NCBI RefSeq assembly: GCF_004010195.1
Contig: NC_057755.1
Coordinates: forward strand, 3,619,462 to 3,683,461
DNA: 64,000 nucleotides
Direction: 5' to 3'
DNA from: Chiloscyllium plagiosum
Lineage: Eukaryota
Position 1 is the stretch's first letter. Each line of letters starts with the position of its first letter. This document shows, piece after piece, positions 1-13,351 of this stretch. The notes below the pieces were generated by a model. That model had not been told where the DNA came from, did not search any database, and saw only the letters and a list, made by a program, of their open reading frames with translations. Both the position numbers and the translations under genes were made by a program.

Positions 1-2825
1 TCCTTCTACTACCACTCGCTGTCTTCTGTATCCAGACAGCTAAGTTCCCCTGTCTCCCATTCCTCTTGACCTTCTGAAAGTGTCTACCATGGGGAACCTT
101 ATAAAATGCCTTGCTGAAGTCCATATACACCACATCCACAGCTCGACCCTCATCAACATTTCTAGTCACATCCTCAAAGAATTCGATAAGGTTTGTGAGG
201 CATGACCTGCCCCTCACAAAGCCGTGTTGACTGCATTTAATCAAGCCCATGCTCTTCCAGATGGTCATAAATCGTATCCCTCAGAATCCTTTCTCATACC
301 TTACAGACGACAGACGTGAGACTTACTGGTCTGTAATTGCCGGGCTTTTCCCTATTTCCTTTCTTGAAGAGAAGAATTACATCTGCCTCTCTCCAGTCCT
401 CGAGTACGACTCCAGTGGTGAGTGAGGTTGCAAAGATCTTCGCAAGTGGCGAAACAATTGCATTTCTCGTTTCCCAAAGTAGCCGAGGACAAATCTGGTC
501 CGGGCCTGCTGACTTGTCAATCTTAATGTTTGACAAAATTTTCAGCACATCAGCTTCCTCTATCTCTATCCATTCCAGCATGCAAACCTGCTCTTCAACG
601 GTTTCATTCACTACAAAGTTCGTTTCGTTCGCAAAGACAGAAGCAAAAAACTCATTTAGGGCTTTTCCTACCTCCTCAGACTCCACACACAAATTCCCTA
701 TGCTATCCCTGATCAGCCTACTCTTTCTTTGACCATTCTCTTATTCCTCACATAAGTGTAAAATGCCTTTGTGTTCTCCCTAATCCGTTCTGCCAAGCCT
801 TTCTCGTGCCCCCTCCTGGCTCTCTTCAGACCATTTTTGAGCTGCTTCCTCGCCTGCCTGTAATCCTCTAGAGCTGAGCTTGGCCCTAGCTTCTTCCACC
901 TTATGTAAGGTACCTTTTACCTTTTGACGAGAAGCTCCACCACTCTCGTCATCCAAGGTTCCTTTATCTTATCACTTTTTGCCTGTCTCAGAAGGACATA
1001 TTTATTCATCACTTGCAACAACTGTTCCTTAAACAGTCTTTACCATGAAACTATTGCTCCCAATCCATTCTTCCTAACTCATGTATAATCGCATCGCAGT
1101 TTCCTCTTCCCCAATTAAATATTCTTCCATTTTGCCTAATCCTCTCCTTCCCCATAGCATTGTAGAATTTGAGACAGTTGTGGTCACTATCTCCAAAATG
1201 CTCTCCCACCACAAGATCTGATACGTGCCCCGGCTCGTTTCCGAGCATCAAGTCTAGAATGGCCTCTCCCCTCGTCGGCGTGTCAACGTACTGAGTTAGG
1301 AAACCCTCCTGAACACACCTTACAAAAACAGCTCCATTCAAAATCTTCTGCTCGAAGGAGGTTCCAATCAATATTGGGAAAGTTAATGTCACCCATTACA
1401 ACAACCCTACTATGTCCACACTTTTCCAAANNNNNNNNNNNNNNNNNNNNNNNNNNNNNNNNNNNNNNNNNNNNNNNNNNNNNNNNNNNNNNNNNNNNNN
1501 NNNNNNNNNNNNNNNNNNNNNNNNNNNNNNNNNNNNNNNNNNNNNNNNNNNNNNNNNNNNNNNNNNNNNNNNNNNNNNNNNNNNNNNNNNNNNNNNNNNN
1601 NNNNNNNNNNNNACATATTTATTCATCACTTGCAACAACTGTTCCTTAAACAGTCTCCACATGTCTATAGTGCCTTTACCATGAAACTATTGCTCCCAAT
1701 CCTTTCTTCCTAACTCATGTATAATCGCATCGTAGTTTCCTCTTCCCCAATTAAATATTCTTCCATTTTGCCTAATCCTCTCCTTCCCCATAGCATTGTA
1801 GAATTTGAGACAGTTGTGGTCATTATCTCCAAAATGCTCTCCCACCACAAGATCTGATACCTGCCCCGGCTCGTTTCCGTCTAGAATGGCCTCTCCCCTC
1901 GTCGGCGTGTCAACGTACTGAGTTTGGAAACCCTCCTGAACGCACCTTACAAAAACAGCTCCATTCAAAATCTTCTGCTCGAAGGAGGTTCCAATCAATA
2001 TTGGGAAAGTTAATGTCACCCATTACAACAACCCTACTATGTCCACACTTTTCCAAAATCTGTGAACCTACGCTTTCTTCCATCTCCCTGCTGCTATTGG
2101 GGGGACTGTAGTAAACCCCTAACCAGGTGACTGCTCCCTTGCTGTTCCTAATTTCCACCCATACAGACTTGGTGGGCAGATCTTCCTCGACAATGGAAGC
2201 TTCTGTAGTTGTGATACCCTCTCTGATTAGTAATGCTACACCTCCTCCTCTTTCCCCCCCCTCCCTATTCTTTTTAAATGCTCTAAACCCTGGAACATGT
2301 AGCAGACATTCCTGCCGCTGAGAAACGCACGTTTCTGTTATGGCCACAACATCATAGCATCAGGTACTGATCCATGCTCTAAGTTCATTACTTTTATTCC
2401 TGACACGCCTTGCGTTAAAGCAAACACACTTTAACTGATCCCTTGGTTCATTCCCAGGAAAATCCTTCCCACTAGCTGGTCTACCTCTTGCTGTTGCCTC
2501 ATCTGCATCAACTCTCACCTCTGGTATACAGCTCAGGTTCCCACCCCCCTGCCTTACCAGTTTAAACCCTCTCGAACTACTCGAGCAAACCTTCCACCCA
2601 GGACATTGGTCCCCTTCCAGTTCAGATGCAACCCGTCCTTCTTGTACAGGTCCAACCTTCCCTAGAAGGCATCCCAATTATCTACATATCTGAAGCCCTC
2701 CCTCCCACACCAGCTGCGCAGCCACATGTTAAGCTGTGCCCGCTCCCTGTTCCTTGCCTCGGTATCTCGTGGCACCGGTAGTAAACTAGAGAACACTACT
2801 CTGTTCGTCCTGCTTTGCAGCTTCC
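1..2825 (-). mobile_element. CR1-type LINE, decayed: ORF1 end, AP endonuclease and N-terminal reverse transcriptase; interrupted by an N-gap at 1431-1612
   Basis: Minus-strand ORFs carry CR1 ORF2 motifs: CFNARRVRNK, AITET, GGGVALLIR, GVYYSPPN, VVMGDINFPNIDW, TRGEAILDL, GDSDHN, KSAGPDQICPRLL, DWREADVILLFKKG, PGNYRPVSLTSVVCK. Frameshifted. Confidence 0.93.
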
Positions 2826-3327
2826 ANNNNNNNNNNNNNNNNNNNNNNNNNNNNNNNNNNNNNNNNNNNNNNNNNNNNNNNNNNNNNNNNNNNNNNNNNN
2901 NNNNNNNNNNNNNNNNNNNNNNNNNNNNNNNNNNNNNNNNNNNNNNNNNNNNNNNNNNNNNNNNNNNNNNNNNNNNNNNNNNNNNNNNNNNNNNNNNNNN
3001 NNNNNNNNNNNNNNNNNNNNNNNNNNNNNNNNNNNNNNNNNNNNNNNNNNNNNNNNNNNNNNNNNNNNNNNNNNNNNNNNNNNNNNNNNNNNNNNNNNNN
3101 NNNNNNNNNNNNNNNNNNNNNNNNNNNNNNNNNNNNNNNNNNNNNNNNNNNNNNNNNNNNNNNNNNNNNNNNNNNNNNNNNNNNNNNNNNNNNNNNNNNN
3201 NNNNNNNNNNNNNNNNNNNNNNNNNNNNNNNNNNNNNNNNNNNNNNNNNNNNNNNNNNNNNNNNNNNNNNNNNNNNNNNNNNNNNNNNNNNNNNNNNNNN
3301 NNNNNNNNNNNNNNNNNNNNNNNNNNG

Positions 3328-3545
3328 GAACCTTGTTGAACGCCTTTCTGAAGTCCTTATCGATCACATCTACCGCTCTGCCCTCATCAATCCTCTTTGT
3401 GACTTCTTCGGAAAACTCAATTACGTTTGTGAGACATGATTTCCCACGCACAAAGACATTTGAACTATCCCTAATCAGACCTTGACTTTCCAAATACATG
3501 TAAATCCCATCCCTCAGGATTCCCTCCAACAACTTGCCTACCTTG
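3328..3545 (-). mobile_element. CR1 LINE reverse transcriptase fragment
   Basis: Translation FVRGKSCLTNVIEFSEEVTKRIDEGRAVDVIDKDFRKAFNKV. Confidence 0.88.
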
Positions 3546-5179
3546 GGAAATTTGCCCCATTGTCAGAAGAATACCAGTACTGTAGCTATCCTGGAACAGC
3601 TTGACTCGGAGCAGCATTGTGAAATTGAGTAGGGAAAGGGTTTCCCAGGCAATAATTATACACGTGCACCAATAAGGTTTCATTGTATCAGATCAAACAT
3701 GGGCCAGGGCATCTCCTATTGATTCCCAATAACTTTCATCCCCAACATGCCTCCCTGCTGACACATCCCTAAATCCCACTTAGAGGAAGTATTGGGGGAG
3801 AAAAGGCGAAAACCTCGCACAGGAATCTCTCTTTCTATCCCTCACATGATCTCTGACTCTCCAATGTATTGCTCTGACTATTTTGCTGAGAAAAAATCAA
3901 GATCATTGTGGAACACTTTCATCCTCAGACTACCTGCAAACAGTTTCTGTCTGTATCCTCCAAAATCTGCTATGATTACCTACCCTATTCATTGCCTCCC
4001 TGTTTAATTTGCATGTCCTCAGAACCCATGTGTCGTGTTTATAGAGAGATCAGAACTCATAGAATACATGAGTTCCCTGATTGGGGTTGTTAATCTGGTA
4101 CAAGCAGGGAGCCCTGGCTGACAGATAAAATAAAAGGAGTGTCACATATCCTGACAGTCTGAGAGCTGGCTCTGAGGGAATTGGAGCGGTGTCAGATACT
4201 TGCCCCGTGTAAAGAAAGGGTGACTTGATGATGGGATATCTGCGTCTGTGCAGTATTTTCACCAAGTTCAGTAACGTTCTGAATATAAGATGCTACCTGT
4301 GAGTCTCAGCTGCCACGAATACAGGTTGGGACATTGTGTTCGTGATGTTTGTAATTTTCAGTCTGTTATTTTCGAAGGATAAATCCTGCGATGCCAGTGC
4401 CACTGATCTTAACTTTCTATTGTAATTTATCACAGCACTCAACAGGAATAAGGTAAGGAATATCAAAGATCTTTCAAATATAGAGAAAGTCTAAAATGAA
4501 GAGGCTGAACCTTTCTTATATCATGTCCCTATTCCTCTAGAAGCAGCAAAAGCATGGTGTTCCAGTCTCTGTTCAGATCAGATAATTTTTCCCATCGAGA
4601 TGTTGAACTTGGAATGATTTAAGCTATCTGATCTACACTGCTCCCATTTCGTGTACTTTTTATTTCTTGTATGACTCTGGAATCTCAATCTTCATGAAAT
4701 CTCAACTGAACTGTGCTCTGGTGAATATTTCCAGGATGTTAACAGAGGGTCACAGAAGGAATCACCCTCGTTCCAGAGAGCTGTTCAATCATAGAGAGAG
4801 AGAGACAGCTGGTGGTAAGTTTAACCTAAAGGTCACCTCGCCTCTCTATATCTCACATGAGTCATACAACCAACTGTGTTAACTGATTCTGACGTATGAC
4901 ATTATGATTGAGGGAGTGGCAATTATACAGTCACTAAAGATAGTTAGGCCTCGGACACAATCTTGAGGAACTCCAGCAGTGAAGTCCTGGAGCTTAAATG
5001 GCTGGCCTCCAACAAACACACCAGTCACATGTAGCCCAGACCAGGTACAGACAGTAGTTTTCTTTCCCTAAAGGACATTAGTGAAACAATGGGTTTTTAC
5101 AACAATTGACAATGGTTTCATGGTCAGTATTAGAATCATAATTCCAATTATTTATTCAACCCAGAATCCCGTGTGGAGG

Positions 5180-5430
5180 TTGGTAATGCAGATGTTGGAG
5201 ATTAGCGTCAAGATTAGAGTGGTGCTGGTGAAGTGCAGCCCGTCAGGCAACATCCAAGTAGCAGGAAAATTGACATTTTGGGAAAAGGCCGTTCATCAGG
5301 AATGCAGGAAAATCGACCCTTTGGGCGAAAGCCCTTCATCAGAACGAAGGGCTTTTGCCCAAAATGGCAAATTTCCTGCTCCTCGGATGCTGCCTGACCT
5401 GCTGTGCTTTTCCAGCACCACTCTAATCAT
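5180..5430. mobile_element. Penelope-like pseudo-LTR remnant in inverted arrangement, with degenerate hammerhead cores
   Basis: About 5212-5300 is the reverse complement of about 5346-5429 (gattagagtggtgctgg... / ...ccagcaccactctaatc). The same sequence ends the GIY-YIG fragment at 9960-10060. Confidence 0.75.
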
Positions 5431-5789
5431 GATAAGATTGACCTGAGTCCATCATAATACTTTGGAAGTATCTGAATATTTAAAACCCAAAAGTGATACT
5501 TTTGTTCCAATAACAAAAATAAGGGCATTGAGTTTTGTTATTTATCATTGAGTGCAATAATTAATTTGTCATTGTTTATTTTCTAGAAAACGGTTGTGTC
5601 GACAAAGTGGGGATGAAAATTTCTGAAATTGGATTGACTGTGAACAATTGTGAGACCATCCAGTTTGCTTCTGATTGAGATGGGTTCGTGTATTTGCTCA
5701 GTGGGAAGCCTGAAGGAATCATGGATGAACCCAGTGAACTGTTTTCCCGTGCAAAGGAAGGTATTAAGTAGAAAGGTTGAAGAATAGCT

Positions 5790-6285
5790 ATTACAAGGGG
5801 GCATAGCTTTAAATTAAGTGGGGGGGGGTAGGTATAGGACAGATGTTAGGGGTAGGTTCTTTACTCAGCGAGTCGTGAGTTCATGGAATGCCCTGCCANN
5901 NNNNNNNNNNNNNNNNNNNNNNNNNNNNNNNNNNNNNNNNNNNNNNNNNNNNNNNNNNNNNNNNNNNNNNNNNNNNNNNNNNNNNNNNNNNNNNNNNNNN
6001 NNNNNNNNNNNNNNNNNNNNNNNNNNNNNNNNNNNNNNNNNNNNNNNNNNNNNNNNNNNNNNNNNNNNNNNNNNNNNNNNNNNNNNNNNNNNNNNNNNNN
6101 NNNNNNNNNNNNNNNNNNNNNNNNNNNNNNNNNNNNNNNNNNNNNNNNNNNNNNNNNNNNNNNNNNNNNNNNNNNNNNNNNNNNNNNNNNNNNNNNNNNN
6201 NNNNNNNNNNNNNNNNNNNNNNNNNNNNNNNNNNNNNNNNNNNNNNNNNNNNNNNNNNTATTCTTCTATGTTCTATGTTCTATGT
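5790..6285 (+). mobile_element. CR1 3' end with (TTCTATG)n tail, spanning the N-gap 5899-6258
   Basis: Translation GGRYRTDVRGRFFTQRVVSSWNALP; ttctatg repeats follow the gap. Confidence 0.85.
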
Positions 6286-6469
6286 AATAATTTACGTGTG
6301 TGAGGTATATATTGTGTTTGTGTGCTTCCATGCGTGTGTGTGTGTGTGTGCGCCTGTGTGTGCCTGTGTGTGTAAAATCCCTCAGACTTCTTCCACATTA
6401 TGAGTGTTTTGTTAAACATTCTTTCTTTCACTTGCTCTATAAGGTCGTTGGAATGTCTTGATCTTCCTG

Positions 6470-6695
6470 CTGCTCTGGTTTCCTCCAAAATGCAAAAATG
6501 TGCAGGTTAGGTGAATTGGCCAAGCTGAATTGCCCATAGTGTTCAGATATGAGTAGGCCAGATGCATTTGTCGGGAGTAGGTGTAGAGCAATGGGATGGA
6601 GGAGTGGGTCTGGATGGGTTGCTCTTTGGAGGGTTGGGGTGGACGTTTTGGGCTGAAGGGCCTGTTTCCACACGGTAATGATTCTATTCTATACT
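6470..6695 (+). mobile_element. HE1/V-SINE, 5'-truncated
   Basis: gtgcaggttaggtgaattggccaagctgaattgcccatagtg...gaagggcctgtttccac matches the fuller copy at 13352-13648. Confidence 0.8.
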
Positions 6696-6699
6696 GTAT

Positions 6700-7334
6700 G
6701 TTTGGCGAGCTTAAAATTGGACGATTCCTGAGGTCTTCAGGAGTTGTAACCAAGGAGATGATGGTGGAAATTATGAGTACTGTGACCAACCTTTAATTCC
6801 TCTTCAGCTACTCGGGATGTGTCAGAAAACTTCAGCACAACTGATGTGTTTCCACTTTTCAAGAAGAGTGATGGAGATTGACCTGGAAATACAGATCAGT
6901 GATTCCATGTACATGTGAATGTATTCGAGAAAATTATGAAGGTTGAAATTAATCTCCATTTTGAGAGGCAAGGCTTGATTCGTCAGCATAGCTTTGTCAG
7001 AGGGCCAAAATGCCTCACAGATCTGGTGGAATTTTTCAAATGGTTGACCACATTTGTCGATGAGGGTAGGGAAACTCATGCAGTTTATATGGTTTTCAGC
7101 AAAGCCTTTGAAAAGGCCCCAGTGGGAGATTGATACCTCAGGGAAAAGTACATCGCATCCAGAATTAATTAGCAAATTAGTTCCAAAATTGGCTCAGTCA
7201 GAGGAGGCAGATGGTGTTGACAGATGGCTGTTTGTGTAATTGGAGGTTGGTGTCCAGTAGTATACCACTGGGCTGAATGATGGGTCCCTTATTGTTTATG
7301 ATATTCATAAAAGATAATGAAGAGTGTGCCTGTT

Positions 7335-7367
<33 letters not shown>

Positions 7368-8500
7368 AAATGTGTGTGCATCTGATTGTGCCTGTGTGTT
7401 GTAGTGGGTGAGGATGGTTGGGGAGGTTAAGTCAGTTTGCAATGACACAAATATTGACCAGGTGTTTGGCAGTGAGGAAAATATTCTTAGGTTACAAATA
7501 GAAATAGACAAATTGGTCAAATGGGCGGATCAATGGCAGGTAGAATTTAACCCTCATAAACCTAGGGATGATATACTTTGCCATAAGTTGCAAAACAAGG
7601 CAGCACTCAATGAATGGTGCAACACTAGGAAGGGCAAAGGAACGAAAAGATCTTGAGGAGCTTGTTAATAGATCTATAAAGGACTGACAGGTTAATAGAG
7701 CAGTTAAGAAGGTGTATGGGGTATGCACCTTTACCATTCAAGACACAGATGATAATAGCAGGGAGGTCCTGTTGGAGCAATTAAGGTGATTGGAGGAAAG
7801 TTTCGGGGAGATGCCAGAGGTAGGTATCTTACACAGCGAGTAGTGAGCACATGGAATCCATTGCCAGTAGTGGTAGTAGAGTCAGGTACATTAGGCACAT
7901 TTAAGCGACTCTTGGGTTGACACATGTGTGATAGTAATACGTAGGTTAGTTTGATTTTCGATTAGGATAAAAGGTCAACACAACATCGAGTGGTGAAGGG
8001 ACTCTACTGTTTTGAGTTCTATTGTATGCAATTCTGGTCACTGCACCATAGAAAGGATGCAATTGCATTGATGGAGATCAAAAGACGTTCACCAGAACGT
8101 TGCTTATTCCGTAGCAATTTGGCTGTGAAGGGGGAGGCTGGATAAGCACAGGTTGCTTTCTTTAGATCAGAGATGGGAGAATCTATGAGGGGCATGGACA
8201 GAGTAAACAGAAAACAGTTGTTCCCCTTTAGTTGAAGGGCCAATAACACGGTGGTATAATTTTAAGCTGAGAGGCAGAAGCTTTAGAGGGGACACGAGGG
8301 AAACTCCCCTCAACTAGAGGGTGGTACGGACCTGCAATTGAAATGCAAAACCTCAGAAAAGAACTTGGATGTACACATGAAATGTCATTAAATTCAAGGT
8401 TATGGGCCGAAAGCTGGAAAGTGGGGATGCTGTAGATTTAGTGTAATTTTGCTGGGTCAAACACAGTGGGCCGAAGGGTGTCTTCTGTTCGATGTGATTC
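6700..8500 (+). mobile_element. Old, fragmented CR1 ORF2 and 3' ends
   Basis: Residual motifs QHSFVRGPKCLTDLVEFF, VYMVFSKAFEK, WADQWQVEFNP, plus CR1 3'-UTR-like gaagggactctactg. Confidence 0.75.
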
Positions 8501-9144
8501 TCATTCTAGAATTCTGAATTTCCGGTTCTGAATTAGTTTCTTTCATTCTTGTATTTGATTTGAGAAACTTTGTATAAGTTCCAGCTGTTGTTGTGGTCAG
8601 TATCAGCTTCAAGTTCAGTATTAGAGTGCGCATTCACAGATAGAATTTCACAAATGAGTTGGAAAACTGAATTAACAAGGATAGCAGTAGGATAACAGTG
8701 TGCAGCAGAGGAGCTCTTAAGGAGCTCAACAACATGATGTATTGAATAACTGAATAACCTCAGCAAAATGACAGTCATCACTGAAACGGATATCGAAAAA
8801 TATTTTGAAATTGATGGGACTGATAGTGAGTGAAATAATGCAAGTCTGGTTGTTTGAAGACAAATTGCAATGAACATTTCAGACCAAATAAGATCAGATT
8901 AATCCAGTCCTTGGGGTATTCAAATACAAATGTAAATCTGAGTGATATCACTGCATTAAAATAAACTTGTTGTCATTCAAAAAACGACTTTAAAGATAAT
9001 GAAAGCATCATAATATTTTTCCAGTGGAGATACCAAGCAAGATAAAACAGTCTGAAACTGTCTCATGTCCAATTATGAGATAGTTCTCCAATGCTGAGAG
9101 ATTGCCATTAGCAGGAAGGAAGCGGTTATTTCACAAGCAACAAA

Positions 9145-9211
9145 ATGTATTTTCCAAGGCTAAAGATCTTAAAAATATACTGCATTATCCTTCCCATTGT
9201 TCGTATGCCTG
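9145..9211 (+). pseudogene. Orphan exon 1 of a GPR139-like GPCR, divergent paralog, probably pseudogenic
   Basis: ATG plus 22 codons plus one G (MYFPRLKILKIYCIILPIVRMP-G), the same length and phase as exon 1 of the two intact genes (MTFSLYHLRKIFYTTIPIVAIP-G). The donor is GCAAGT instead of GTAAGT. A GAGAGATTGC motif also occurs upstream of the ATG in the intact genes. Confidence 0.6.
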
Positions 9212-9609
9212 GCAAGTCATTTAACCACTTAAGTTATATAAGTGTCTACATTCCTACTGAATGCCTAATAAGTATTTTGTTTCCACTTAGTAAGGCAAAT
9301 CCCGAGCCAGATGACAGTGTCCTCACTAACAGAGTTTTAAACGAATAGTTTGTCAGTCAGGAGGCTCCTCAGTAATGTGCAGAATGGGTTTACACTGAGG
9401 CCACATTGATGAAATTTGACTGAGCAGTGGCCCTGGAATGGGAGCACAAATACAATGTTGACAATAGGTGGTTGAGCAGGTTGTTATGGAGTGATAAGTG
9501 AGGGTCAGCACGGATGGCTTCTATCATTCTGAGTGTTTTTGTCAGTCAGTGGATGTGTGGGGACATGATATTTGTGAGGACAGATCATCGGAGGAGTGTT
9601 GGGTACAGG

Positions 9610-10063
9610 GTTCCAAATACGTTCCGCCTACTTGCGGAACGTTTCAGAGAACACCTCTGGGACACCCGCACCAACCAACCCAACCGCCCCGTGGCTGAAC
9701 ACTTTAACTCCCCCTCCCACTCCGCCAAGGACATGCAGGTCCTTGGCCTCCTCCATCGCCAGACCATGGCAACACGACGTCTGGAGGAAGAGCGCCTCAT
9801 CTTCCGCCTAGGAACCCTCGAACCACAAGGGATGAAGACAGATTTCTCCCCATCTCTGGCCTATTACCCTCGCCTTAACCTCCTTCCACCTATCGCATTC
9901 CCAACGCCCCTCCCCCAAATCCCTCCTCCCTACCTTTTATCTCAGCCCGCTTGCCACGCCCTCCTCATTCCTGAAGAAGGGCTTGTGACCGAAACGTCGA
10001 TTCTCCTGCTCCTCGGATGCTGCCTGACCTGCTGCGTTTTTCCAGCAACACATTTTTCAGCTC
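9610..10063 (+). mobile_element. Penelope-like element 3' end: GIY-YIG endonuclease C-terminus plus pseudo-LTR
   Basis: Translation LAERFREHLWDTRTNQPNRPVAEHFNSPSHS...RRLEEERLIFRLGTLEPQGM, followed by a C-rich terminal repeat. Confidence 0.88.
9966..10003 (+). ncRNA. Minimal type I hammerhead ribozyme motif (Penelope-associated)
   Basis: CTGAAGA-A-GGGC-TTGT-GACC-GAAAC-GTC. The CUGANGA, GAAA and GUC core is intact, stem II has one mismatch, and helix III is the palindrome ACGT. Confidence 0.65.
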
Positions 10064-11344
10064 CAAATATAATGTGTATCGTTGAATTATTTGTTGGTCA
10101 AAAAACATGCCAGTTGTGCCATTGGTAAAAGATGCACAGTGCTCTAGTGTGGACATTAATAGGACAAACAATGAGATCTGGAGTGCAGTGGCAGCAGCTC
10201 TCCCACAGAGGATCAAACAACTTTGTCCATCAGTATATTTCCCACTTTGCCCTTTGTTTCTGTTATCATTTCCTGTTCCCCAAACTATAATGGTCTCTGT
10301 AAAGGTGCTTTACAATCAATTGCAAATTAGAAAATCTTCACAGTTGGTTGAATATGTTGGTACTAAGCTTACAAACTGAAATGTCCCCATGGAGGAAAAC
10401 AGATGCAATATCTTTTTAATAAACGAAAAGTAGCAGAGTTACAATTTCGATTCAGTAAAATGCCCGAAAGACATGTCATGTTTACTCAAATAATATTGAT
10501 AATGCATTTGGGACTGATTAATCTTCCAGCAAAGTTAGGACAAGCTGTGAGACATAGTTACACTAACTTCTGATCTAGACTTTAATAAGAATTGATATAG
10601 AGCTGGAAGTGTTAACACAATTTTACACCAGTATGTGATCAGATTTGGATTAACAGTTGATGAATCTGTATTTCAAAATTTTTCCACAGTAGATTAAAAG
10701 TAATTGCTACTTTTTACTTTGCGTCTTCCTGGGGGTTGTGGCGAGGTGGGGTGGGGGTCGGGGGACGGGTGGGGGCAGGTGGGGAGAGAGGTTCATCAGT
10801 CACTTTTAAGTCAATATATAAAAACAAAAAAAAAGAACAGTATGATGAATGAAAATATACCTGTATTAACAAATAACCAACTTAAGTTCCTTTAATACCT
10901 TTAGTATATCTGTAATTAATAATTGAGTTCAAGAGCATTACATAGAATTAAAAGGACAGAATACAGAACATTAGACATGTTCCTTTAAAATACTATCTGT
11001 GGCTCGCCCATGACAAAGTGTTCAAAACCCGAATGAGTATTTTAACTAAATGAACTCTGGTTGTGTTGTACTTTATTCGTAGAAATGGCATTTCCATATT
11101 TTGCATTATTCAATCCCTTAGTGTTTCATTCTCCACATTTGACTATATTCTGCTCACTCTCAGTGAATTTCAAGAAACAGAGGCGTCACTTTCAATATAG
11201 AATATTATGGCCCATTCTCAGTATACTTTATATCACTGATACAGATCACAATTCTTATTTCTAGAATGTAAACATTTCTGTTCTTTTACTGTGATAATGA
11301 CAAACATTCTGTCTTTGCCCGGGAGTCCAAACTGTACCAAACCC

Positions 11345-12430
11345 ATTTTCTTGTATCGCAGCCTCTGACCTTGCCGACACCTTCTCCTACCAGCCTCTTG
11401 ACCACAACCCCCTCTCTCATCACTAAACCATAATCTCCAACACTATCCACAAGCTCATCACCTCAGGTGATCTCCCACCCTCAGCCTCCAATCTCAGTTC
11501 CCCAATCCAATAACGCTCAGTTTTATCTCTTGCTGAACATCCACAAACCCGACTGCTCCAGTCGACCAATTGTTTACACCTACCCGATTGAACTCATCCT
11601 CTCTTGTTTCAATTCCGTCCTGTCCCCCTTGGTCCAGAAACCACCCCCTATCCCCCATATGTTCCAGACACCACCCACTCCCTCTACCTCTTCCATTACT
11701 TTCGTTTCACTGGCCCCCAACACCTCATCTTCACCATGGACATTCAGTCCCTCTACACATATATCCACTATACGAAAGGCCTAAAAGTCCTCTGATTTTC
11801 CGCTCTCACCGACCAAACTGGTCCCCCTCCACTGACAATCTGATTCGCTTGGCAGAACCTGTGCTTGCATTTAACAACTTTTCAATTGAATCCTCCCACC
11901 TCCTACAAAACAGAGAGGTGACTATGGGTACCCAGATAAAATCCAGGTATGCCTGCCTCTTTGTAGGATACATGGGAATAATCCCTCTTCCACAGATACA
12001 CTGGCATCATCCCCCACCTTTTCCTCCGCTACATTAATGACTGTACTGGTGATACTTTGTGCTTCCACGAGGAGCTTGGTTAGCTCTCATTCACCACACC
12101 AGCACATTCCAACCGAACCTCGAATTCACTTGGTCCATCTCCAATGCCTCCCTCCCCTTCCTTAACCTCTCTGTCTCCAGAGATTGATTCCACACTGACA
12201 TCTACTACAAACTCACTATTCGCACAGCTGCCTTGAATAAACCTCCTCCCATCCCCTTTCTGTAAAAGCATCATCCCCTTGTTCCAATCCCTCTACTTCC
12301 CTCTGCTGTATCTGGTCTCATGATGAACAATTCCACTCCGAGGCATTGCAGATGTTCTCCTACCTCAAGGACCGTAATTATTCCTGTTGTGTGATCGACG
12401 GTGCCCTCAATTGCACCTTCTCCACTGGCT
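11345..12430 (+). mobile_element. Penelope-like element reverse transcriptase fragment, decayed
   Basis: Motifs FYLLLNIHKPDCSSRPIV, FTMDIQSLYTYI, MGT..SRYACLFVGY; ttcctccgctacattaatgac encodes FLRYIND. Confidence 0.85.
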
Positions 12431-13351
12431 ACACCTTTGCCCTCGATCACCACTGGCTGGTCTAATACTGCTGCTTTGTTGTATGGCCTTATAATCCAAT
12501 ATATAACCATATTTATATATTGCCACAAGCAGCTCCAACACGAAAAACTATTTATGTATTGCATCCTTGGAATCCTGATTATCGTTGAATATTTCCCTGT
12601 CTTGTTTCGTTCATTAGGCTAAGGTATTTGAACTGAAGTAATAGTTCGATTTTCAGAGCGCCGAAGATGCAGATACTGACATTTAGCTATTTCCCAGGTT
12701 GCCAGAAATGAACCATTGAGAGCAATCCATGCACCGTGACCTGCTGTAGTGTTCAGTTGTCATTTTCCAGGAGTGGGAATCTCATAATCAGACAGAGACA
12801 GAACCACACCCAAAGGGACACAGAAACATACCACACCCTCACACACACAAACACGCAGAAGCACACCCACACACAGAAATACAGGCTGAGTGAGATATAG
12901 GAACACACTGACAAACAAAAACACACTTACACGCACACACAAGTACACACACGCATGTACAAAAGTGCAATAACGCAGTCAAACTGAAATGTGGGAACAC
13001 ACTTACACAAAGACTACAGAAGCATTCCCACACCCTCACAGCACACACAGGCATACAATCAGAGTGCAGAAGGGGAATATACCAACTCACCCATGCGTGC
13101 GCACGCGCTCACACACAGAAAAATAGACATACGGAGACATTTTGGAACACAGCCATGTACAGAAAGAATAAAAACATCCGCATACAAAGAAATACAGTCA
13201 TACTGAGATATTGGAATAAATCTACACACATACATAAATACAGACTTACTTAGCAAGAATGTAACACACCCATATACAGACAGAACGTACACACATCCAC
13301 ACATGCAGACACACCACACACACGCACACACACAACACACAAATTCTGTGA

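Noticed and set aside
2726..3439. Long ORFs containing X runs (also 1374-1684 and 5818-6403)
   Set aside because: They are artefacts of translating through N-gaps.
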